The notes: generated from the letters alone by a model not told the origin. A stretch of DNA of 63,935 bases, filler included, from Octopus bimaculoides (GCF_001194135.2; 10 parts of 10 records of this genome joined end to end with filler, not necessarily neighbours in it), one strand, 5' to 3'. Positions 25,575-38,788 are shown, counted from the whole stretch's first letter. Program-made: numbers and translations.

Positions 25575-25815
25575 CTGTGATCTCACTTTACTTGCTGGGT
25601 CTTTTCAATCACAGCATCTCTCCAAAGGTCTTGGTCTTTCGTCATTGCCTCTGTGAGGCCCAACGTTCGAAGGTCATGCTTCACCACCTCATCCCATGTC
25701 TTCCTGGGTCTCCCTCTGCCCTGGATTCCTTCCACTGTTTGGGAGTGGCACTTCTTCACACAGCTCTTCTTGTCCATTCGCAGTACATGACCATACTACT
25801 GCAAACGTCTCTCTT
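25575..25815 (-). mobile_element. RTE-clade LINE 3' coding remnant
   Basis: VKKCHSQTVEGIQGRGRPRKTWDEVVKHDLRTLGLTEAMTKDQDLWRDAV has the GxRxRGRPRKTW...DR..WR signature of RTE ORF ends. Confidence 0.8.
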
Positions 25816-25869
25816 GCATCTCTCTCTCTCTCTCTATAGACATGCACACATAAAAAGGAGCACTTTGTC

Positions 25870-26180
25870 AGTTACGACGACGAGATTCCCAGCTGGTACA
25901 ATCAACGGAACAGCTTGCTTGTGAAATTAACGTGCAAGTGGTTGAGTACTCCACAGACATGTGTACCCTTAATGTAGTTCTTAGGGAGATTCAGTGTCAC
26001 ACAGAGTGTGACAAGGCTGGCCCTTTGAAATACAGGTACTACTCATTTTTGCAAGCTGAGTGGACTGGAGCAATGTGAAATAAAGTGTCTTGCTCAACGA
26101 CACAACGTGCCACTGGGAATTGAACTTACGACCTTATGATCATGAGCTGAATGCCCTAACCACTAAGCCACACACCTTCA
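25870..26180 (-). mobile_element. SINE family C, near full-length
   Basis: Reverse complement begins gtgtggcttagtggttagggcattcagctcatgatc...gttcaattccc. Confidence 0.8.
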
Positions 26181-26349
26181 CACACACACACACACACATA
26201 CATACAAACACAAATACATAATGAATATATAAAAATTTTATGTACACAAACACATCCTGACAATGTCACAAAACTTCAATGATGAAACTGAGTCACTCAT
26301 CACTGCTGAGCCATGCAAAACATAGGAGAAGAGTGAGAGATATACTTAC

Positions 26350-26463
26350 CCTCAGTACAAGTTGATGTACCAAATAACCTGGTCGTTGTGTGACTTTTTC
26401 CACAGTGACCTCAATATCACCATAGCAACCATATTTATCAGGTAGATAATTCTCACATTTACT
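26350..26463 (-). CDS. Protein tyrosine phosphatase domain exon (SKCENYLPDKYGCYGDIEVTVEKVTQRPGYLVHQLVLR)
   Basis: Acceptor ctcctctttttcAG, donor AGG|GTAAGT; 114 nt, phase 0-0. Carries the PTP motif-7 KCxxY(W/L)P followed by YGDIxV. Absent from the ORF track. Confidence 0.85.
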
Positions 26464-26584
26464 CTGAAAAAGAGGAGAAAATAAACAGATGTTAGCAACA
26501 TGTGCAACAATACATTATCAACAAACAGTACTTCTCTAGGTTACATATGTACATATATATATATTCTTTTCTTTTCTTTTTTTT

Positions 26585-26975
26585 ATTCATTCCAGTCATT
26601 TGACTGCAGCCATGCTGGAGCACCGCCTTTAGTCGAACAAATTGACCCCATAACTTATTCTTTGTAAGCCTAGTACTTATTCTATTTGTCTCTTTTACTG
26701 AACCACTAAGTTATGGGGATGTAGACACACCAGCATCAGTTGTCAAGTGATGGTAGAGAGACAAACACAGATACACAAGCATATATATATATATATATAT
26801 ATATGTACATACGACGGGCTTCTTTCAGTTTTCCGTCCACCAAATCCACTCACATAGCTTTGGTTGGCCCAAGGCTATAGCAGAAGACACTAGCCCAAGG
26901 TGCCACACAGTAGGACTGAACCCAGAACCATGTGGTTTGTAAGCAAGCTACTTACCACACAGCCACTCCTGAGCC
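26585..26975 (-). mobile_element. SINE family B, full-length, with internal (TA)n
   Basis: Head aggagtggctgtgtggtaagtagcttgcttac...gggttcagtcc, central microsatellite, tail ending cagtcaaatgactg. Confidence 0.85.
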
Positions 26976-27707
26976 TTTGATCCCAGATGAAAATTCCCCA
27001 AAACAGAAAAATAGCATTCAGTCAACACATGGCCATTTGCGCCAATAACAAAAATCCAAGCTTCAGAATTTTTCCTCTCTACCAATTCTGGGATGATACG
27101 ACTTGCAGCCAATGAATTAGTAAAGAGACTCTTTTTATTACAAAATATAGACCCCTTTTGAGCACATCAACAACANNNNNNNNNNNNNNNNNNNNNNNNN
27201 NNNNNNNNNNNNNNNNNNNNNNNNNNNNNNNNNNNNNNNNNNNNNNNNNNNNNNNNNNNNNNNNNNNNNNNNNNNNNNNNNNNNNNNNNNNNNNNNNNNN
27301 NNNNNNNNNNNNNNNNNNNNNNNNNNNNNNNNNNNNNNNNNNNNNNNNNNNNNNNNNNNNNNNNNNNNNNNNNNNNNNNNNNNNNNNNNNNNNNNNNNNN
27401 NNNNNNNNNNNNNNNNNNNNNNNNNNNNNNNNNNNNNNNNNNNNNNNNNNNNNNNNNNNNNNNNNNNNNNNNNNNNNNNNNNNNNNNNNNNNNNNNNNNN
27501 NNNNNNNNNNNNNNNNNNNNNNNNNNNNNNNNNNNNNNNNNNNNNNNNNNNNNNNNNNNNNNNNNNNNNNNNNNNNNNNNNNNNNNNNNNNNNNNNNNNN
27601 NNNNNNNNNNNNNNNNNNNNNNNNNNNNNNNNNNNNNNNNNNNNNNNNNNNNNNNNNNNNNNNNNNNNNNNNNNNNNNNNNNNNNNNNNNNNNNNNNNNN
27701 NNNNNNN

Positions 27708-28200
27708 TGGACGATTTGACTGAGGACTGGTGAAACCGGATGGCAACACCAGCCTCCAATCTGATTTGGCAGAATTTCTACAGCTGGATGCCCTTCCTAA
27801 CGCCAACCACTCAGAGAGTGTAGTGGGTGCTTATATATATATATATATATGTCTGTCTAATTCTCTCTTCTTTCTCTCTTTTCTTTTTCTATTGCGGTAG
27901 GTAAGTATTTCCTCTCTCATAAGACATCTTTCTCTATCACTCTATTATAACTATAACCTCTCTCAACTGGCACAAAGCCACCTCCCTCAGTACCACTCTC
28001 TCTTCCAGCCACGTAAACGTGTCCCTGGGGTGCCACATAAAAGCACCCGAAACATTCAGTAGAGTGGTTGGTTTTAGGAAGGGCGTCCAGCTGTAGAAAC
28101 CATGCCAAATCAGACTGGAGTCTGGTGCAGCTCCCCAGCTGTGGTCAAACTGTCCAACCCATGCCAGCATGGAGAAAATACATTAAATGATATTGATGAT
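27708..28200. mobile_element. Two oppositely oriented copies of SINE-like family D (27708-27832 +, about 28020-28200 -)
   Basis: cagctggatgcccttcctaacgccaaccactc core, shared with 55470 and 59090. Confidence 0.75.
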
Positions 28201-28349
28201 GAAGATATATGCTGATACATATACTCTCTCTCACACACACATATGTATGTATATATATGTGTGTGTATATATGTGTGTGTGTGTGCATACATATACATAT
28301 GTTTGTGTCTATGTATGTATTTTTACAATAGAGAATCTTAAATCTAACA

Positions 28350-28580
28350 GGCGGCGAACTGGCAGAAACGTTAGCACGCAGGGCGAAATGCTTAGCAGTA
28401 TTTTGTCTGTCTTTACGTTCTGAGTTCAAATTCCGCCGAGGTCGACTTTGCCTTTCATCCTTTCGGGGTCGATAAATTAAGTACGCACTGGGGTCGATGT
28501 AATCGACTTAAGCCCTTTTTCTGTCCTTGTTTGTCCCCTCTATGTTTAGCCCCTTGTGGGCAATAAAGAAATAAGAATCT
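28350..28580 (+). mobile_element. SINE family A, full-length
   Basis: Head ggcggcgaactggcagaaacgttagc through tail ccccttgtgggcaataaagaaata. Confidence 0.85.
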
Positions 28581-28798
28581 TAAATTGTTTTAAATTCTTA
28601 TATATATATATATATAAAATTAAGTAATACTTTTGCTGAATTCCAAGGTGACTTGCAATCGTCTGTATATTCCTTTTCATCTGTATTGTTGAATAGGTNN
28701 NNNNNNNNNNNNNNNNNNNNNNNNNNNNNNNNNNNNNNNNNNTTAATTAATTAANNNNNNNNNNNNNNNNNNNNNNNNNNNNNNNNNNNNNNNNNNNN

Positions 28799-28862
<64 letters not shown>

Positions 28863-29532
28863 GCAGCAAATACAAATCTATGTATTTTATTAGAACTCTG
28901 TATTTATGTAGGTTACTTCTGAGATTAATTAGAAATTTATCTTCAAAACACTGACAACAAAACTCAAATCAAATTCTTTCTAAATGCAACACATTAAAAC
29001 ATAAACGTTACGTGAAATCTATAACATCAAACAAAGACTTCGAGTCAACAATATATCTGCTCTAGTTATAAATAATTAAATCACATATTCTCGTGCCCTT
29101 TTATTCTCATCATGGTTTCTGATACGAAATACATCATATCCTAATTTTGAAATCGATATTCTCTTTTTATTTGCAAATGACTTAAAAACGAACAGCGATA
29201 TTATACAAGTACAACCAGAACTTTTGTAATGTAGCTGATTGTATTGATTCCATACTAACTGTACTGAACATGGCAGGATTTGTGTATATAATAAGAAAGG
29301 AAATCTCATCAATATCATTGGAAACATCAAAGAATATTACAAAGGAATCGATATATAAACACATACGCCTAAAGAACAGGTTTCAGATATCTAAAATATC
29401 TTAAGAGTGAAGAAAAGGTCAGGTGATGTAGGAGAGAAAAGTGTTAGAAACACACACACATACATATACATAAACAGTTACAGATAGACAATGAATGCAT
29501 AAATGCATGATTGCAAACATACTGTATGTATG

Positions 29533-30095
29533 CTGGAGTGGTTGTGCGGTAAGTAGCTTGCTTACCAACCACATGGTTCCGGTTTCAGTTCCACTGCGTG
29601 GCACGTTGGGCAAGTGATTTCTACTATGGTCTCGGGCCGTTCGAAGCCTTGTGAGTGGATTTGGTAGATGGAAACTGAAAGAAGCCCGTCTTATATATAT
29701 GTATATGTATATATATATATATGCGTGTGGGTGTTTGTGTGTCTGTCGATTACGACGACGAGGGTTCCAGTTGATCCGATCAACGGAATAGTTTGCTCGT
29801 GAAATTAACTTGAAAGTTGTTGAGCACTCCACAGACACGTGTACCTTAACGTAGTTCTTGGGGAGATTCAGCGTGACACAGTGTGTGACAATGCTGGCCC
29901 TTTGAAATACAGGTACAACAGAAACAGGAGGAAAGTATGAGAGAAAGTTGTGATGAAAGAATACAGCAGGGTTCGCCACCCCCCACCCCTGCTGGTGCCA
30001 CGTAGAGCTTTTAGGTGTTTTCGCTCAATAAACACTCCCAATGCACGGTCGGGGAATCGAAACCGCGATCCACTGGGCCATTGGGCCTCCACGTT
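29533..30095. mobile_element. SINE family B head (+, 29533-29700) abutting SINE family C (-, about 29740-30095)
   Basis: Both match other copies in the window. Confidence 0.8.
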
Positions 30096-30714
30096 CCTAA
30101 TATAGAACTGATTTTCGTATTGATTTTCATGATATAGACTGAGATGCATTCTGACGGACATTTTCGAAAAAATAAAAATAAAAGGGAAAAAACATAGAAG
30201 AAAGACGACAACTTGTATGCAGCCAATAACAACTTCATAATATATACAGCACAATATGTATATATCTGAACCATATGAAGGAATATATATAAGGGAATAA
30301 ATGAGAATGCTACTTAACGCAAAACATGTTTTCTACTATGTGAGGGTTGGGAACGAGAGTTACTGCGTGTATGGCGGACACTATTTTCTATGTTATATTT
30401 CATTATGTTTAAGGGGCGAAAATTTAACCAAACTTGTTTGATGTTTATGGTACATGATCTCTTTTTACAATTCAGTGTAGGAAAGGAGCTCATTATAAAT
30501 TATTCTTGTAATTTTTATGATACATTCATGATTAGTGTTCTTAGAAAAACCTTGCACACGCTCTTTCATAAGAGCCATCCCTATAGCAATATTCTTTGCA
30601 GTCAAATTACGTGTAATTGCTAGCATTTCCGAATTCTCATCTGTATTCTCAAGTTCCTTTTGATCTAATCGCATCAGCTTGTTAGATAAATTTTCTCTGT
30701 TGAACACTAACAAC

Positions 30715-31176
30715 TCAAACCACATCATCAATGGCGTCTTCAAACACTACATCACTTATACGTGTCACCATAACATGGCGAATTCGATGTAAATCTTTTG
30801 CTTCTTGAAAACTTGTAACCTCACGAATCCAATCTGGTTATATATTATTTTATGTACCATTCAAATTTGGGGGTTTCACTTCATGCTATGATTTAGGTAT
30901 GTTATTCTCAGCATCCATTCTGTTGAATATAAGCATAAGTTTATCCTCTAAAAATAGGTTTATCTCTATATATGAGTCTCTAAATATAAGTTTATCCACG
31001 CAGTCAATTTCTTTCATAAGCAGTTTACACGTACTTCTAAAGTAATATGCCTTGAAGGTAGCTGACGCGCTCTGATCTATTGACTGAAGAAACACGGTCA
31101 TATTCCTTGGTGTATCTCCTGGTCTCATTTTATCAGAAAGTTGTCTATATGTCCACTGAGAAGCTTCGTGCATTGT
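30715..31176 (-). CDS. Candidate two-exon coding unit of unknown product (31035-31176 and 30715-30833)
   Basis: Acceptor gtctcctttcAG|ACAATG, donor GTACGT, weak acceptor ataaccAG. Spliced peptide TMHEASQWTYRQLSDKMRPGDTPRNMTVFLQSIDQSASATFKAYYFRNWIREVTSFQEAKDLHRIRHVMVTRISDVVFEDAIDDVV*. No family recognised. Confidence 0.35.
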
Positions 31177-32762
31177 CTGAAAGGAGACATGTTTTTGTAG
31201 GAAATATTATACTTGGTACTGTAACTTTCTTCAGCAGAGTAAAACATCACATCTATGTAAACCAGGGTTCGGAAAGGCTCTTAGTTATTTATACCTTATT
31301 TCAACGCCACATCAGAAATAGATTAAATTTTGAGTACCATTCGAACGCCATTTTGTAAATTCTAGCGACACTTAAACCTTACAAACTGATCTTGCTAGCG
31401 TGAAAGCTTTTTCATTGGAAGTTTCACCTTAATTTTTCTGCTAACCATCGTACAAACCTTTGGAATTTTCAAAAGTATTACTACCGTGCTTATGGGCACA
31501 CGATGCTGAGTCTAGCCTTCGATCTAAACGCGGGACTATCCATTTTAAACATCACGTTACATCTATGAAACAAAAATAAGGTGCGAGCAATTCACAAAAT
31601 AGCTTCTTGAGTACTTGACATATTTTTTGTATTTTTTGTCGCCTATTATCCAACCTTTGTAAGCTTTAATACTTTGACAATGTGACTGATTTTATTCTCT
31701 CACAGGAAGCCTTCTTCAAAATACTAAGTTTAATACTCGTGTAACGTCTTTACGATTTTTTTCCGCAGTTCTTCCTTCAGCTTACCTTAATGGATTTTTT
31801 CCAGGCATCTGGAATGGTAAACCCAACATCGGTGACAATCCACAATTACCCACACCAAATAAGTGGTAAAATGGAGGACTGATACAGACTTGTTTAGCGA
31901 GAACAAAAAATCTCAACAAACTTTCAACAGGATTTGAAGATATTCTTCTTACTCCGTTGTTTCGGATTAAATAGATTTGTATAACAGTTCGTATAAATAA
32001 TTTTTCAATACATTGTTCACATTTTATTTCTGTTGAGTTATTCCACACTCTTTGTCAGAGAAAGAGAACTATGTGATCCCTACACGTGATAGATATAACA
32101 GCAAATATCAGTAGAGGTAAACTTTAATTTCAAATGTTGAAGGATATATTAAATGATGCTGAAATATTGTCATAAGTTTGTAGGATCCAGTGGCCAGCGG
32201 GAACAACAAAAGCAGCTACAAGATTAATAAAAACAGTAATAATCCCAACATATCTTTAATGACTTACCATAAAATATAATTTAACGATAAAGAGAAGGAT
32301 ATTACTTACATGAGAACACTACAGTGTATCGCCAAAACCTATATAAACGCATATTACAACAACAGATATATCATTTCTCCAATGAATAAAACATTTCAGA
32401 ATATTTTCCTGAAACTCCTGCAGGTCATTGGTACTTCAGGAATTTGGAGTCTGAATAAATAAATAGCTAATAAATAAAGATCGTATTCATTCAAGTCAGT
32501 TCTAGTATGGAAAACTACAGGTACATATCTGTTAAACGAAAACGCAACAGCAATAGAAATAAATATGACGTTTCTTTATTTAGAATATTACAATAATATG
32601 TATTGTATGGCAAGTGGACTTTATATTCCTGTATTGATTTACATCTTACGAAATGAAATATAATTGAATGCGATAAACATGTAGAAATCTTCATCTTGGA
32701 AGGAAAATAAATAGAAATTACTTTCCGAAGTTCATGCATTGTTATATGTTAATTTATTATTT

Positions 32763-32812
<50 letters not shown>

Positions 32813-32818
32813 GTTTGC

Positions 32819-32851
<33 letters not shown>

Positions 32852-32943
32852 AATTTATCTAGCTTTCCATCTTCCACCTATCTAATCTCTCTGCATACAT
32901 GCATACATACATGCATACATACATACATACATACATATATACA

Positions 32944-32992
<49 letters not shown>

Positions 32993-33480
32993 NNNNNNNN
33001 NNNNNNNNNNNNNNNNNNNNNNNNNNNNNNNNNNNNNNNNNNNNNNNNNNNNNNNNNNNNNNNNNNNNNNNNNNNNNNNNNNNNNNNNNNNNNNNNNNNN
33101 NNNNNNNNNNNNNNNNNNNNNNNNNNNNNNNNNNNNNNNNNNNNNNNNNNNNNNNNNNNNNNNNNNNNNNNNNNNNNNNNNNNNNNNNNNNNNNNNNNNN
33201 NNNNNNNNNNNNNNNNNNNAAGCACAATATATATATTATATTTATCTTATGATATTTACTTTACTTTATATTATACTCATTTATTGTGCTTTTAATTAAT
33301 TTTTCTATATGTGATAGTGGATTTTCATCGATGAGTTCTTGAAAATTGGTTATTTTCCCTAAAACTATATATTTTATATATACTTTATCTATAAGGCTCA
33401 ATTTAATTTTAATTTTTTATAAATTGATTTTAATTGAGTTTTTTACCTGTAATTTTGGATTTTGTCCCTAATATTATTAT

Positions 33481-33520
<40 letters not shown>

Positions 33521-33977
33521 TTTTGACTATTATCGGTCAGGGAACCATGAATGACACAAACTGGTTACTTTGGAATGCTTTAAGTGAGTTATTCATTTAT
33601 ACTTCTTTATCATAGGCTTACAGATGTTTCAGTTATACGTATGTACGTGTTAATGGCTCAATGTTATCAATCTGTCAAAAATATAAAGAGAATGTGCTTT
33701 ACTGAAGCAATCACCAGAGAGAAGTCAAATTTGGGAACTTTGCAACGCTTTATAAATGGTTCACTGAATGTTAATAGATGAACAGATGATACAAATATTC
33801 AATGAAATGAATTTCCAAAGTTGATTGGACAAAAGGTTATCACATTTCAAATGTGAAAGAGGTTTTTCGATAGTGCGATTGGCTGATGACGAAAAATAAT
33901 GTAAGAAGGAATTGTTATGCGTAAGAAAAAGGTAATGACTAGAATATTGGCTGCTATCTACAAAATAAGTTAAGGCA

Positions 33978-34355
33978 TAGGAGTGGCTGTGTGTTAAGTA
34001 GCTTGCTTACCAACCACCTGGTTCTGGGTTCAGTCCCACTGCGTGGCACCTTGAGCATGTGTCTTCTACTATAGCCTCGGGCCGACTAAGGCTTTGTGAG
34101 TGGATTTAGTAGACGGAAACTGAAAGAAGCCTGTCGTATATAAAAGTGAGTGTGTGTGTGTATATGTTTGTGCGTCCGTGGTTGCCCCCCCCCTCCCCAC
34201 ATCATTACGTCCTCGTAACGTAGCTGTTCCGCAAAAAAAAAGAAACCGATAGAATAAGTACTAGGCTTACAAAGAATAAGTTCTGGGATCGATTTGCTCA
34301 ACTAAAGGTGGTGCTCCAGCATGGTCACAGTCAAATGACTGAAACAAGTAAAAGA
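33978..34355 (+). mobile_element. SINE family B, full-length, with internal (GT)n
   Basis: Same head-microsatellite-tail layout as 26585-26975 in the opposite orientation. Confidence 0.85.
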
Positions 34356-34849
34356 ATAAATTCATTAAAATAAATATGGAGCGAGTGAAAAGAACACTTT
34401 AAAAATAACATTAAACAAAAGCAAGTGAATATCAGAAAAATAAAGATGAATCTATTCGATATAAGTCTACTTAGTAGCCTTCCTAGTAACTTTATATGAA
34501 ACCAAATACCTATCTATCATTTTATCAATATATATATATAAAACGTTGATAACATTGGCAGGTTTCGGCCAGTTTTGGCCCAGGCCATGTCTAACTTAAT
34601 AGCACCCCCTGGTTAAGTCTTTTAGTCATATATGGGGTACCATGGTCCACTCTAGCAAAGAGTTATTATTGTTGGGGACATCCGGGTGTAGGACGTTGGT
34701 CCGAGATTTTTTGAAGAAATTTATCCAGAAAACTTTTGACTTTTATGGGATCCGTTTCCGTTTTAACGCATTTTGGTATGGTACTAAAGAGAGCTGGACC
34801 GGTTGAGGTAAAGTAGTTGTGTCGTAATGTTATGTGTTCTGAGTTCTAT

Positions 34850-35635
34850 TTTTGTAGTGGGTGGATAGCACGGGGACCAAGACTTGGACAGATTTTAAAA
34901 TTGATGCCAATATCATTTGTGCAATATTGATGTAACATTTTCCACATCACACAAATGATGTAGCTCTCCCAATAGCATTGGAGAGAGCAGAGATTGAGTT
35001 CCTTTAGTCGACCCCAATAGTCAATGCCTCTCATGCCGTCTTTCTTGTTATTGACCTCTGAAGTGCTTCCACTTTCATAATGAGTTGCTTCGTATGGGGA
35101 AACCACAGCGCGCAACAGTATTCAAGGTATGGTTAGGCAAAAGTAGAGTAGAGAAGGATGATGGTGTGAGCATCTCTAGACCGGAAACTTCTCAGAATCC
35201 CGGAGTACATCTTCCGGGCCAAGTCAACCTTGCTGTTTACGTGGGAAATCCAGGTTAGAATTTTATCAACAATTACTCCAAGGTTTCTGGTGTTGTTGGA
35301 TGGCACTAAAGAATCGCCCGAGGTAAGGGCATATGGTAGTTTCAAAATATCCTCTTTTCCAAAGTGGATCGAATTAAACTTATCTTCATCTAGTGCATTT
35401 TGTTCTTTTCCGCCCAATGGACAACAGCAGACAAATCCGACTGAAGGCATAACAGGTCTCCCATACTGTTTATGGCCTTCTGGAGTTTGGAATCTTCTGC
35501 AAAGCTTTTCAATGTAGAATATTTGATGACGTCTGCTATGTCATTGATGTAGATAATGAAGGGAGTTAGGTGCAACACAGTACATTCTGGGACACCATCA
35601 CTAACTTTGGCTGAGCTTGTTCGGATTCCCTCAAA
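34850..35635 (-). mobile_element. CR1/Jockey-group LINE reverse transcriptase remnant (5'-truncated, frameshifted)
   Basis: DGVPECTVL...FIIYINDIADVIKYSTLKSFAEDSKL (decayed GVPQGS / FADD), then RNLGVIVDKILTWISHV and YWGRLKELNLCSL. Confidence 0.9.
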
Positions 35636-37769
35636 CACAACACACGCACAGACACACTGGATATGAAAGCGCGTAACTTAGAGGTTCAATTGGTGCATTC
35701 AAGATCGATAGACTGTAGATTCGATTCTTCTATCGATCAGGAGTTAGGTGTTTGTGAAAAACACTTCATTTCCCGTCACGCCACATAATCGGGGAAACCG
35801 GCCTTATGAGCCTATAACTCTAGATGGACCACTGATTCTTTGGAGTATTGGATGGAACTGCTTATACGAGCAGAAAAAAGGGCAAATGCTGAGATCCTTA
35901 AAACCATTGTTTGAGATTGATGGGTTTCGTCAGCCTGATAAAGTAATCCGTTCGGAAACTCTGACCGGAAAATCTCTGTTGCCTTGCAGCAACAACCATC
36001 TACAGGGAAAGAATTCGAGCGGAAACGCTGGAGCTAATGTTCTTAACATTGATTTCTACATTGTTATGGCAACGTCTGCAAAAAAGTGGAGCCAAGCTAT
36101 ACTGAATGACATCCGTGGTCTGAAGAGGGGAGACCTGCTATATAGGCAACTGCTGATCTCTCAGATCAACCTTAGCTAAACCTGTCTAACTGAAGGATAA
36201 ACTTTGAGCGAACTTGTAAATTCATGAATGTTTTATGGTCGACATCATGTCACGACTACTGATGAGTTTATGATGATGTCGGTGTAATTGCTTATATAAC
36301 GCGCCGGTCAGCGTCCTGCGTGCAAATCCAACTTGTAGTTGATAGATGGTGATAATGTACTCTTTAATATGAATAACGTGTCAGTCTTTTAACGGAGTAA
36401 AAATGCGATGTGATATTCATACAATTTTTAAAAGAATGCCATTGGGGAGACATATTCAATGGGATATTATAAATGCTTTACGTTTACGTCCGCTAAATGT
36501 CACGTGTCAATAATAGTATTACTAAAGTAACTATAGCTTTAAAACAAAAAGGGTGTAGTAACACGAAAATCAGCATTACATTTTACATGATTTTATTTTT
36601 TGAAAATATTTATTCTTGTTGAAATATGAAAGTATTGATAAATCTGTAACACGAGTATAGTATATTTTTTTTGTTATTTTCTGACTACCAGATATGAAGA
36701 AAAAAGAAATTTTATTCCTTCAGAATTACATGTTTCAATTCCAAATATAATAAGGCTTCTTTTCTGTTCAGTTTATTTCTGTGTAAATATTTTCCTAAAC
36801 TGATAACATTCTTTATTAATTTAGAACATGTTTCAATCTCTTTGAGAGGTTTCTATTATTTTCCTCCTAAGAAGGAAGCCAGTTAAAACGTCAAGATTAT
36901 AATTCCCGAACACGATAACAACGCTGTTCTTTGAATCTGCTAAGATGTTACAATATTAACTCCTAACATGTGACAATTCACAAAACTCATTCGAATATGT
37001 TTTTTCTTACTACGCTGTGGTGAAGAACGAGTCAGTTTTCAGAAACATCACGATTGAATGTTCATTTCTTCATATTGCCACACATACTAAAAAAAACTTA
37101 GACACCTATATTAACTAATACATAAACACACAGACACCAATACAATCACATGCGCGCGCACACACATGTATATGTAATGATATAGTCCCATAGAGGTAAC
37201 ACAGTGAGAGTCAACGTTTCATATTGTGAAATCTTGGATAATGATCAGACAATAAACTATAACTTCTCGGCAAATATCAGTAATTTATACGAGCTTTTAT
37301 GTATTTCTACACTGGTTGGCAATTTCTGGCATTACAATGTGACTATAACACGTGGAAAGAAATATAACTCAATACATATTAACATTGATTGTAAGAGTAA
37401 GCAGTTAAATAAATAGGGGACTCCTTCTGAAGAGGTGTGTGTATATGAAAAATATGAGTATTATGCTATTTTGTATTGAGGTGGAATATATGACACTGTG
37501 GCTGGAAAGAAGAGTCAAGGTTGTTGTGGAGGAAAACATCAACAGCAAAAAATGGAAGGCGAAATAAGTTTGACCTCCACCAAATATAATGGATCATGTG
37601 CAAGGGCTTGAGAGAGTTTGAGTTCTCAGAATTGGGTAGTATTTGTGCTTGTGTGTATAGAGGTGTGTGCTTATATTTTAGGGAACGTACCAATGTAAAA
37701 AACATACGTCGGTTTTGTTTTATAAATCAATAAGAAATATTAATTTGGAGAGAAATTACATACATGTAG

Positions 37770-37804
<35 letters not shown>

Positions 37805-38743
37805 GTAGTGTGTGTGTGTGTGTGTGNNNNNNNNNNAGTGTGTGTGTGTGTGTGTGTGCGTGTGTGCGTGTGTGCGTGGTAGTGTGTGTGTGTGTGTGTG
37901 TGTGCGTGGTAGTGTGTTCGTGTAGCCGTTTACGTATTCAGCCGCAGAAAGAAAAGAGAAGGCGGCGTTTTTAATGGAATATCGTTTTATGTTTGTGTCC
38001 ATATCTGCCTAAGTTCGCGTGGATTTGTTAATTCAAGTAAACCGAAGTAGTTAAAAGTTTTATATCCAGATTACTCGTATCTGGAGAATTTTCAGCCAAT
38101 TACATGCTGATTCAATGAAGAAGGATCGAAGAAATGAATACTATTCATCGAAATCGAGAGATGATCCATTAAATATATTTTACGTACGTGGTGTAATTAA
38201 AGAGAATCGAAGTAATTTGCCAACTTCTTATGACGAGTTACTCGGTTGGCGAGGTTTAGTATAATAAACTGCCGTAAATGATCGTTGGGCCTTAAAATTG
38301 ACAACTTATTCGGGAATATGCCAGCAGGTTGCAATAAATTTCTTTTACTGGAGATTGGTGTGAATGATGTGAACTTCTTATGGAAGATACTGGCCATTGT
38401 ATTTCGATTCCTTTCAAAAAGCTTCTGATTGTCTCATATGTATTGTCCATGTAATGGTCGTCTCTACGCTGTTTCTTAATAGGCAAACGTATTTACAACG
38501 TGCTGTGGCTCTTAATGACACCTCAGGCAATCGCACCTCATCTTTATAGCGATCTTCTTGTCCATTTTGGAAATAAATTCATATTGGGCATATTTACTGA
38601 ACAGCCACAAATGTCAAGAAATATTCCCCTATGATGCTTTTATGCGAAAATACAACGAGAAGGAAAATATTCTTTCAACAGTTATTCATCATATATAAAT
38701 ATTTATATACAAGCATACATACATACATACACACGCATATATT

Positions 38744-38788
<45 letters not shown>

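Noticed and set aside
29076-29364. Two overlapping minus-strand ORFs of 84 and 60 aa
   Set aside because: No consistent splice sites or recognisable motif; plausible by chance.
33540-33638. Plus-strand exon pair GTMNDTNWLLWNAL / LQMFQLY with good splice motifs
   Set aside because: The implied intron is only 32 nt, too short to be credible without transcript data.
35748-36179. 143-aa ORF
   Set aside because: Begins inside a decayed SINE and has no recognisable domain; probably repeat-derived.
36865-36965. Similarity with 42650-42745 suggesting duplicated exons
   Set aside because: Stops in the frames examined; better explained as an old dispersed repeat.
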